Assembly: GCA_951804945.1 (NCBI GenBank) | Contig: OX638154.1 | Coordinates: forward strand, 77,748,001 to 77,812,000 | Direction of reading: 5' to 3' | DNA: 64,000 nucleotides | From: Podarcis cretensis | Lineage: Eukaryota | Part shown: positions 14,040 through 24,800 of the stretch, piece after piece | Layout: every line of letters begins with the position of its first letter | How positions within the stretch are numbered: the stretch's first letter is position 1 | Notes under the pieces: generated by a model | What the model was told of the DNA's origin: nothing | Databases searched by the model: none | Seen by the model: only the letters and a program-made list of their open reading frames with translations | Made by a program: the position numbers and the translations under genes

Positions 14040-14600
14040 TGAGAACTACTTTGAATCAAGATGGCAGATCAAAACATGGTTATGTTGTGACCTCACATTT
14101 TTTTGGCATATATTTTGCCGCCTTTCTGAACATTGGTACCAAACTTGGTACAAGGTTATTGAAGTGAGGTGGCAAAGTTTGTTGATATTTGGTCAACAGC
14201 CACCATTCTGAATTAAGATGGTGCACTGAAAAATCACTTTGGTGTGGCTTTGCCCATTTTTCAGCATAGCTTCAATTTGCCTCATTGCCAAACTCAACAC
14301 AAAGGTCCCTAAGGCAGAGGCAGTGAATTCTGATACCATTTAGATTCCACATGCCATTTTAAATCAAGATGGCAGACTGAAGTTGACACTTTGCCTGTTT
14401 TTTTGCCATAGGTTCAGATGCCTCTCAAGATACTAGGCATGAGTTAGGGTGTGCGTGCTGGACTTCACGGACATTTGGATGCCAGGCACCAATTTGATTC
14501 AAGATGGTAGACTGAAATGTGACTTTGGCATGATTTAGGCATAGGTTTGATCACCTCTCGATATATTGTTGACAAACTCAACACAGGTTTTCCTGCCTGT
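14040..14600. repeat. Degenerate ~135-157 bp tandem array with (C)AAGATGG(C) core
   Basis: Core motif at 14057, 14215, 14365 and 14500, with similar flanks. Confidence 0.5.
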
Positions 14601-14624
14601 AGCTGCCATGGTAACTGAAGTAAA

Positions 14625-14810
14625 CATAGTAAGCTACCTTATAAAGAGTTGGGCCATTGGGCCATCTAACTCAATATTGTCTACACTGATTGGCAGCAGC
14701 TCCCCAGGGTTTCAGTCAAGAGTCTCTACCAGCCCTACCTAGTGATGCTAGGAATTGAACATGAGACTGTTTGCATGGAAAGCAGATGCTCTACTACTGA
14801 CTTACAGCCT
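14625..14810 (-). mobile_element. Squam3-like tRNA-derived SINE
   Basis: Reverse complement has a tRNA-like head (gtagtagagcatctgctttccatgc, gttcaattcc) and the body shared with the 23.9 kb copy. Confidence 0.65.
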
Positions 14811-16046
14811 ACAGCAAACTAAAGACTGACATCTCACAACTAAGTGACAATTTTGCATTCATAGTGTATTAAAAATATTTCTTAGCAAGACTCTGACTGA
14901 GCAATGCAGTGCAAAGCACAGTGTTTAGCTAACATACTGAAATTTAATCTCAAATTTATGCTAATTGGGATTATATTAAAATTTTATGCACAACTGAATT
15001 TATAAAGCAGTAAAATAAGAGCACATACCAAGACTGACCGGGCATGATCCATTAATGTTTTCTTTCCCATAAAATGATGCTGAAGTGACTATAAATAATT
15101 TTACATTAAAGAATGTGCTGAGCCTTCAAAGGAATGTACCAAACACTTGGAAGAATATATACCAAGAATGCAGATCTTTTCCCTACCTGTCTCCCTTTCT
15201 TCTCCCACACATACCAGTAATTAAACTTTACTTAACTCTACTTAACTCACTTTTTATTAGATTGGAATCTAAAGAAGCTTCCTATAATTATTTTGATTTC
15301 CCCTTTCCTTCAGCATAGGTTCTATGGTAAAGTGTTGCATTTATTTTAACTTTAACTTTTAACGAATATATGAAGCTGCCTTATGGTGGCACTTTATCTT
15401 CCACGCATGTACATCGTTAAACACCCATGTATCTTTTTAGCAGCAGCTGAGCTAAAATGATTATCTCAGTATTTTAAAGGCATTATTTCAATGAGGCAAT
15501 ATATAGGTATTCTATATATATAAATAAATAAATTCACAGACCTAATTCTTTGAATGAACATTCACTTGGAAATCTTCACATTTTCTCTACTTCTTTCTCA
15601 GAGGTCTTTTATTTCTGGAATGGCACCATATGAAATGAATTCAGCAAAGTTCAATAGGATTTCAGAAGCCACCTGTGTACTGGATTGAAACAGAAAATAT
15701 TTGCATCATAATTAGCCTGTTTAACGGATACTTATCTTCTATTACATCTCATAGTTTTGTGCAGCTAAAAAAAAATTGCAGTTTTTCTAGATTCACAGAC
15801 ATTGATATTTAAAGATAACACCTTACATGTTTGCATTTTTTATTATATTCAAATCAAATTTAACACCATCCTACTACCTATTCGCACAAAATCACAAACA
15901 AGTGTATGTCCCTTCCAACAATACTGCCAGATTTTTCTCCCCCAAATCCATGAAATAAATGCTCTCTTTACAAAGCCCTATAGGGAAGTCATGCCCTTAC
16001 TGGCATGAAATTTCAAGGGTTTGCCCAACAGGTACTGCAGTCCATG

Positions 16047-16386
16047 GCCTGACCATTAGGTCCAGTCACGGACGACTCTGGGGTTGCGGCACTCATCTTG
16101 CTTTATTGGCCGAGGGAGCCAGTGTACAGCTTCCGGGTCATGTGGCCAGCATGACTAAGCCACTTCTGGCAAACCAGAGCAGCACACAGAAACGCCATTT
16201 ACCTTCCCGCTGGAGTGGTACCTATTTATCTACTTGCACTTTGATGTGCTTTCAAACTGCTAGGTTGGCAGGAGCAGGGACCGAGCAATGGGAGCTCACC
16301 CCGTCATGGGGATTCAAGCCGCCAACCTTCTGATCAGCAAGCCCTAGGCTCTGTGGTTATTTAACCCACAGCACCACCCGCGTCCC
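16047..16386 (-). mobile_element. Sauria SINE, older subfamily, tail missing
   Basis: Shares ctatttatctacttgcac...ctgctaggttggcagg body and gggacgcggg head with the other Sauria copies. Confidence 0.85.
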
Positions 16387-16664
16387 AACTGGCTGCATAG
16401 TAGCGAGAAATTCCTCAGTTACTGCTTTTTGCAGCTTGGAGATACTGCAAGAAATGAAAAAGCACCTATGTACATACAGCCAAATTACCATTTGAGCGAG
16501 TCCTGAGAAAGTACAGGTACTTCCAGGTGACTGTTATTGTGGGGTTGGTGCTCCTCACACGTACAAGCTTGTTGCAGTGTCCACATGACATCATGGGTCT
16601 CAAAATGCCAAACTCTTTCCCCTTTCCTTGTACCACTTTTGATACTTTTTGTGATATAGCAGTA

Positions 16665-17540
16665 CAGTGGTACCTCAGGTTAAGAACTTAATTTGTTCTG
16701 GAGGTCTGTTCTTAACCTGAAACTGTTCTTAACCTGAAGCACTGTAGCCTTATGAGGCTTTGCCTTCGGGTGGGAAAAAGTATTGCACCCGGGAGAGGGA
16801 GTGGGAGTCAACAGACACTGAAGGAATAGTTTTGGAGAAAAAGCTTTATTTCTACCATCCATGAACTGGTAGAAGGAGCAAGTGTGACAGATTCACAAAA
16901 CAAGCACGGGTTCACAGTCATTTGCACAGAGCATGTACTGCCCTTCCAGTTCCCTCCCCTTTCTCCTCCTCTTCAGGAGTCCTGCCCCATGAGTTCCTCT
17001 GAGCATGAACAGAAAGCTCCTGTCTTGGACTCTTTTGGACTTTTCCCAGGAAAGGGGGTGAGAAGCCAAAGGGGGGTGGGTTGAGGAGCCTTGTGGTTCA
17101 GCATGTCCAAGATGTTGCAACTGAATGAGATAAGACTCAGTTCTCAGGCTTGCTTTGAACAGAGCCTATTCATTAGCCTTTTTGAAGCTCTCTTGTAGTG
17201 ATAAAAGTAACGGTTTGCCCTTGCACAGCATCTTGTGAGAAAACAGAGGAAAACTTTAGCTGTGGATTTTTAGAAGATAGAAAAGGAATTTTGGACAGTT
17301 TTGAGGCCTGGTTGGGGGGGTGACTTTGGGCCTAGGTGGGGTCACCTGTCCTCACCTCCTTCAGCACCACTTTAGCTAATGGGGTCGCTAAATGGGGTCA
17401 CTTTAGCTAATGGGATCGTGCACAATTTCTGTTCTTATCCTGAAGCAAAGTTCTTAACCCGAGATAATATTTCTGGGTTAGTGGTGTCTGTAACCTGAAG
17501 CGTCTGTAACCTGAAGCGTATGTAACCCGAGGTACCACTG
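16665..17540. mobile_element. Tigger-like MITE interrupted by a solo LTR
   Basis: TIRs cagtggtacctc / gaggtaccactg with TA flanks. Confidence 0.85.
16743..17363 (-). mobile_element. Solo LTR (ERV-like), 621 bp
   Basis: TG...CA ends (minus strand TGAAGG...GGCTACA); 4-bp TSD gcac at 16739-16742 and 17364-17367; minus-strand AATAAA at 16845-16850. Confidence 0.75.
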
Positions 17541-18505
17541 TATATAAATACTTTTATGGTTTCCCCCTCCCTTCTGTATTCTCATTTTATTATTCCATTT
17601 GGGGTTTTTTCCCTATTCATTAGTATTTCTGCATTTTGTATGTGCTTATGTCAATAACCTTTCTGTATGAAAAATGACCATAATAATAATAATAAAATTT
17701 CTTATTGAATTTAAAAAGAAATAAAAATAAAATAATTGAATCCAGATTTGCCCACCACAGAAAAATCCACATAATCACAGAATAGTAGAGCTGGAAGGAA
17801 CCCCCAAAAGTCATCGTCTCAACACACCGTCCCCGCTCCGATTTGAAACCATATCAGGCCCTTGCTTAGCTTCGCAAGTTGCACTAGCAAGTTTTATCGC
17901 TGCGCCCCTGGGTGAACAAAATACCTGCTGCCAACGACTCAGTTGCGCTATATCTGGTCAACAGGTTTCATTCATAAGCCTCTCTAGGGAGGAAAAAATA
18001 ATTATATGGAAAAGAAATTCTCCCTGGGTGCTGGACCCACTCGAGGGGAAGAAATTAGCGAGGGGAGGGTTGGACTAGATGTCTCCTCCCCCCTCCCCTG
18101 TTGCAGTTAATTTTAGGACTGCCTAAGCCGAAGATGCCGAGTGGCCGCGCCCGTTTCTATAGCGCCGCCGAGGTCGTGTCCTTCGCAGCTTGTTCAAGGG
18201 GAACTACAGGGGGCGGGTTGCTCCAGGCTAGGCAAAGCGCCCGGCCTCAGTCGGAAGTTCTCCTTCTCTTCCCTCAAAAAAAAAAAAAAAGGCGCCGCTT
18301 TACTTCGCTCACCCCCCCCCCCCCCCGCGCCATCTCCCTCAGCGCTTTCTTTCCCTTTTCGCCCGTCCTTGCCAAGGCACCTGGGCAGGGGAAAAAGGCG
18401 GGAAGCCTCGCTCGCGGCCTCTCCCTCACCTGGCCTACGCGCGGCGCGGGGCAGGGAAGGAAGGAAGGAGCGGCCCTCTCGTCTGCGCCGCGGGGGTGTG
18501 GGAGC

Positions 18506-18611
18506 TGAATCACAGCCAGCCAGCCACCGGGTGACTCACGCAGAACACACTCCAGCCAACCCTCCCCGTCTAACCCCGGACTTTCCCGAGGGGGGAGCCG
18601 GTACTATAAGA
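18506..18611 (+). promoter_or_regulatory. F3: F3 proximal promoter: AP-1 (TGAATCA), AP-1 (TGACTCA), NF-kB (CGGACTTTCC), TATA (TATAAGA)
   Basis: Motifs at 18506-18512, 18532-18538, 18577-18586 and 18605-18611; same order as the human F3 LPS-response element. Confidence 0.75.
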
Positions 18612-18741
18612 GAGTGAGGAGAAACTCGCTTCCGTGCCTGATTGTTTTTTGCTCGCGCGCGACACGGACACCACGCGCGTTTCGGTCGCGCAACGGTTTT
18701 TTGGGTTTTTTTCCCTCCCCTCTCGCCGGACGTTCGAAGGG

Positions 18742-18820
18742 ATGGCGGGCGCCGCCAATAGCAGCCGGGCGCTGCTGCTTCTCCTCTGCGCGCTGCTCTA
18801 CCTGGCGCGCCTCAGCTCAG
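18742..18820 (+). CDS. F3: F3 exon 1 coding part (signal peptide [26 protein letters not shown])
   Basis: Kozak gggATGG; donor CAG|GTGAGT. Confidence 0.92.
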
Positions 18821-21800
18821 GTGAGTCGAGGAAGGCGCGAGACCGTCGCAGCCTTCTCGCTCTTGCTCTCTCGCTCGTTCTCCTTTTTCTGGAACGCTTC
18901 GCCTCACCGGGTTGCGCGGGCGCGCAGTCTTGCGCCGCCGAGGGAGCCAGCCGGGACGCCGCTGGATTTTTGCGTGCATGGACTTGCATAAGCATGGGGA
19001 AGAATTTTTTTTCGCCGTTTTTCCAGCCGAGCTTTCCCCCTCTTGTTTATAGTACCTCGGACAGAGGGGGCTGTGCATTAAAGGGGTGCGCACTGTTGTT
19101 CTGGTTTGGGCAGACTGAAGCCACAATCCTATATGCAGATCGTAGAGTTGGAAGGGTCACCCAGGGTCATCTATTCCAACCTCCCTGCAATGGAAGAATC
19201 CAGGGGTGCCAACTTGAATAAAATATTTGGGGGCCCAGGTAAGCTGGGCCCCGCATAATCGATCACATGATGCAGCACACACACATACCTATTTGAATGG
19301 CAGTGCCCATCAACTTGGAGTGGAGCCTCTAATATTTTATAGGGGTGGAAGGGACCTCAGCCCCTAGGAGATGGACCCTGTGCACAAATTTCAACCCAAG
19401 CATCCGTGACATGATGGCTGTCCAATCTCTTGCTTTAAAACCTCCAAGGAAGGAGAGTCTGTTCTTGTGCGAGTGCATTCCACCGTCAAACAGCTCTTAC
19501 TGTCAAAAAGTTGTTCTTGGTGTTTAGTCCAAATCTCCTTTCTTGCAACTTGAATCCATTGGTTTGGGTCCTAGCCTCCCAAGCTGGAGCTACCTGGGTA
19601 CTAAGCTTAAAGGTAAAGGTAAAGGTACCCCTGCCCGTACGGGCCAGTCTTGATAGACTCTGGGGTTGTGCGCCCATCTCACTCAAGAGGCCAGGGGCCA
19701 GCGCTGTCCGGAGACACTTCCGGGTCACGTGGCCAGCGTGACATCGCTGCTCTGGCCAGAGCCAGAGCCGCACACGGAAACGCCGTTTACCTTCCCGCTG
19801 GTAAGCGGTCCCTATTTATCTACTTGCACCCGGAGGTGCTTTCGAACTGCTAGGTTGGCAGGCGCTGGGACCGAGCAGCGGGAGCGCACCCCGCCGCAGG
19901 GATTCGAACCGCCGACCTTTCGATCGGCAAGTCCTAGGCGCTGAGGCTTTAACCCACAGCGCCACCTGCGTCCCAGGGTACTAAGCTTAGGTTTTGGCTA
20001 AAAGATTACTCTTCCCAAAGTGGGAGGATGAAATAGTGTGAAAGGTATGGAGTGTGTTGGCTGTGTTTGGAAATATAGTCACTTTAAGTTATTACGAGGG
20101 ATGTTCATGATGCTCAAGGACAACATTTGTAGATATGCAAGCCTTTCAGTATTAATGTTTCCCCGGTAGAACCTTTAAAAGGAAAATAACAAAGAGGTAC
20201 AGGTTTTCAGGCATTTCTGATGGAGGCTCAAAACAGATTATTCATACATTGTAAATGGGTCGCTGGCAACAGGTGTTTTTTATTTCATTGGATTTTGTGG
20301 AAAAGGTAAATCCAGTTGGAGTGGGGAATAAGAGCTAGCATTTTGATGCTAATGTCACGTATAAAATATGCATGCATTAGCAGCACTGATCCCACAGTAA
20401 GCACCTGTGCTAGACATCTTCCTCCACCCCATTTCCCAACTTTTTTCTACAAGACCATATTCTGCCTGAAATCATTTGGCGATTCTGTGGCTTAATGGCA
20501 CTGTATTTGTCTAGTTCTATGTGATGTGTGAATTTGGTTCTTGTGGATATCACAGGAGCAGATATACTGGGGTACTATGCTATAAAATAAATGTATTGTT
20601 CAGACAGTGGAATGTGGAATTTTTGCAAATTTCATGGAATTATTAATTGTATACATCATACATCACAGACTGGAATTATGAACTGATTGTTGGATGCCTC
20701 AGAAGTGGACATTTTGAGCTGTTTTTGTTATAATGGGTTTGTCTGGAAATGATTAGTGAAATCTTGATATTGTAAGTCTTGAAATAAATATTCAAGATCA
20801 ATATTTTAAACAATTTGCACTGTTAGTTGCAACAATTTTATTGACAAAATATCTGTGCTGTCTTGCCTCACTTTCTAAAGCTAATTAGGTCACAGTGTTG
20901 TCGTCTTTAGCTGGATCTAATAAGGGTATTAGGAAACCATTCCTGCCAGTTCTCTAAACCTGAGGTTTTTTGTTCTTAATTACATAGCAATTTACTACAT
21001 TAAAAAACCCCAGTACAAAACACTTAAACTTGATCATTACCTCCTAATACCTTCCTCTTCATTTTCTGAATAGTGTATATGTTTGTTTGTTTTTATTTAA
21101 TTTTCTAATTTGGGTATTGATACATCTATTCTATAAAGAATTATTGTTAAGTGGATATACTAAGGAGTACATACTCATTGTAAACAGAATTCAGTTTATG
21201 TATAGTTTTAGTTTGTAGAATTACTTTTCTTACAATTTGTTTTTCAACAAGAATAGAAGCATGCATAACAAAATAAGATTGATGGCCCATATAGCTGAAT
21301 GTAATCTGCCAGTTTTTAATGACCAAAATCTAAATTATTGCTTCTGAAGCTTGGGAACCCTCTTAATAAAACATTTTTGTCAAGCATTAGAATGGGTTTA
21401 AAGCTTGAGGAAAATTACAGACTGTTCCCAGAATAATAAACAATGTTGTGAAGCTAAGGCTGTGAGGAGCATATAAATGTCCCTGAATAGAAAAGAAATC
21501 TGTCTGGAAGTGGAGCATAAGTAAATGAACCTTCTCTGCATATTCAGCATTGAAAAGGGGTTATTTTGCTAAGGTCCATTGATACTACCATCCTGTTCCC
21601 CATAGTGGCCAATCCGATACTACAGAGAAGCTCACAAGAAGCAGGGCATGAAGTCAATACCCCTCTCCCATTGTTTCTCCCCAACAGCTGGAGGCTCCAT
21701 ACATCCAGCCACTTATAAGACTAACTAACCATATATAGAAGGGTCTGGTGACTTCTGTTTCAGTGTATCTGAAGAAGTGTGCATGCACACGAAAGCTCAT

Positions 21801-24800
21801 ACCAAGAACTAACTTAGTTGGTCTTTAAGGTGCTACTGGAAGGAATTTTTTATTTTGTCATGAATAAATAGAATGAGAGTGTGAGTCCACATTTTCCTCT
21901 GCCAAAATTTCAGGTCAGAAATGAGAAACCTGTGGCCCTCCTGGTGTTGACTCCCAGTTCCCATCAGCACAGCTAGAATGGCCAATGGCGGGGGACTATG
22001 GGTTCTTCTGGCACAGCAGCACATCCTTTTTCTATTCTTCCCCCACATGCTCTCCAAAATCTTCTCCAGAGCTGATTTTGAGGGCACGTCAGGGTTGGGG
22101 CTTGGAGAGGAGGGGAGGGTCTCTTCTGCCAGCACAAATCTCTTGTGCCAGCAGTATGGAAGCATTGGACACTGCCCTGTGGAAGTTGTCACCCAGCAAA
22201 AAGACTACGGCAATACAGTACTTAGATATTTTGGGCATATCGACCATGCAGAATTGGACTGACTTAACAGTCACTCCTGTCCAACCCTGGAAACTAGTCA
22301 CGCGAGAGAGATTGGGACTCTTGGTGCCATCTATAAGCTTTGTGAGTGGCCATGAAACTGATAAACTGATACATTTTGTAGTTAAACCCTTAGCCATTTG
22401 TTGCACAGAAAGAACTGTGGGCCATGGGGTAAGCCATATATTGCCTGACTAATCCTTGTTCTATTTCTACTTTTAAAGGCAACTCTGAAGTAATGAAAGC
22501 AGTCAACATTACCTGGTCATCCATCAATTTTAAGACAATACTACAATGGGAGCCCAAGCCAGTCAACTATTTTTATACAGTTGAAATAGATGGGTATGTT
22601 GAACATAAACATGGAGATTGCTACCACACGTCTAGCCTGGTCTTAGTGTAGTTATTTGAAAGTAAGAACAATTGGTTTCACTGACTTTGCATGAGGCTGC
22701 AGTTTAATTCATTCTCTTACCACCCTTCGCCCCCCCAAAAGGAAAAGCAAAGCCACAGTTGAATGCAGATTTGAGAACGAAGACTTGAGATCTGAAGCTT
22801 TCTAGTCCCCCATTTAAAAAAGATATCCAGCTACATAGGCTTGAATTATGTTCCTCTTCTCCTGATTACCACAAGGCCTAATTAGTCTGTTTGCATATTA
22901 AGTAGAATTTGTTCCTAAGTAGACTGGTAATTTCTTTTTCTCTCCACATCCTCCTGTTGCCTCCAAGGCAAAAAAAAAAAGCAGTTTACATGGGATTAGC
23001 TTTAACAAGAGTGCTTGCACATGAAGGAAAGTCTACCATATGGTAATTGTAGTAGCTTTGTGCCAGTCTATCGCTGATCTGTGTAATATGCACTGTGCTG
23101 CGAGTAAGTTGTGCATGCTCTAACATAACTGAACTATGGTATCCCAGCAGCAGAACTGGGTACAACTGCTAATATTAGACCAGGAGTGGGAAACCTGTGG
23201 CCTGCCAGATGTTGCTGGACTACAGTTGCCATCATCCCTGACTATTGGCCATGCTGGCTGCGGCTGATGGGGAGTTGGAGTCAAACAACACCTTGAAGGC
23301 CACAGGTTGCCCAACCTTGTTCTAGACTCTGCATGAGTTTCAAAGTGCCTTGGGGAACACTGTTTTTCTTCTCCACTAGATCAGCTAAGCAAAGGGAGAT
23401 GATGAAGATCGATAAGTTTTAAAATGATTACTTTGGGTGCTGCTTTTGTTTTGTTTTTAAGGAAAGAGAGCTGGTCAGACAATACTGATGTAAATAGCAT
23501 TGTACTTTGTATCTGACAAGGACTGTATGGTGGTGCTTTCTGCTAACTTTCGGCAGTGATGAGGTGTACATTCTGATATTACTGCAGTTAGCCAGGTATC
23601 ACCACTTAACACACTGGTATATTCCCCACTGAAATAAAAAAAAAGGTTGCCCAGAATTGTGCCTTATGTAAAATAACTGTTTCATGATCAACATGGTATT
23701 TCTGGGGGGAAATGATCTAATTTTGATAAATACTGTGCTGCACTTACTTCAGACCTTTGTAGTTAGCTACCTGTCACTGCTAATATGCAATTTCATACTT
23801 AGTTATGTGTAATATCTAGGAATTACACTAAGGTTGTTAATGATTAACAATTCAGGAAGGGATGATAGCTCTGTGGAGAGTACACGGCTTGCATTTGAAA
23901 GTCAGATCCTGGTATTTCCAGGTAGAACTGAGAATATCACCTCTGCCACCCTGGAAAGCTGCTACCCATCATTGTCAACAAATACTGAGCTAGATGGACT
24001 GTTAGCCAGACTTGGTATAAGGCAGCTCCCTATGTTCCAGTATCAACAAAGATATCAAAGCTATGCATTTTCCCGCTACCTACTGTGTTTTAATTAACAA
24101 AGTTGTCCTATAAGTAAAGTTATTGGAAGTGGCTATTTCCTATTAATTCACAGGCATGAAACTTTTATCTCCCTAATTATACTCTTCATTGCATATTAAC
24201 ATACACAGACAAGCTCACAGCTGGTTTTGTTAATTTGATTGGACCTGTTTACAAAACAGACAAACTTCATTATAGTGAAATACATTCATTCTATGAAATA
24301 TTAGCTAATGCAGTATGCTCTTGATCTTTACAGGGACCGATTAGTTCGGAAGAAAATATGCATTCACACTTCAGCAACTGAATGCGACGTTACAAATGCA
24401 CTGAAGGATGTAAAAGATGTCTACGTTGCTCGCATATATTCCGAAGTGCCAAATAGGGACCCTGATGATTTTGATATCCCACCTTATGAAGTGTCTTCAG
24501 AGTTCATACCTTACGCCCAAAGTAAGTAAAAATATATTAGCTCTTCTTTGTTTTTCCCCCACAGCATGGGGCTCTGCACACAGATTCTAAGTCTTACAAA
24601 GTGTTGATATACTTGTCCGTGAACCAGACCTGTATAAAAGTTTATATAGAGAAGGCATCCTATCTGTCTGCTATGCAGCCCTGAAATTCACGGTTAAGGA
24701 ACAAAACATTAGTTGTGCAGGAAATCCATGCATTAAATGCAGCTGTAGGAAGGCAAGGCTAATTTGACTGGGAGCAGCAATGGTGAGAATATTTCCTCTG

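Larger units (their letters stand above)
18130..19050. promoter_or_regulatory. CpG island over the F3 promoter and exon 1
   Basis: GC- and CpG-rich stretch in otherwise CpG-depleted DNA; GC boxes. Confidence 0.85.

Noticed and set aside
4530-18100. Possible additional gene or lncRNA exons upstream of F3 (e.g. acceptor-like site near 15601)
   Set aside because: Isolated splice-like motifs with no coherent frame or recognisable protein; needs transcript data
18101-19221. Several 125-195 aa ORFs around F3 exon 1, including a GTG-started N-terminal extension at 18634
   Set aside because: Stop-poor CpG island; the real exon starts at ATG 18742 and splices at 18820
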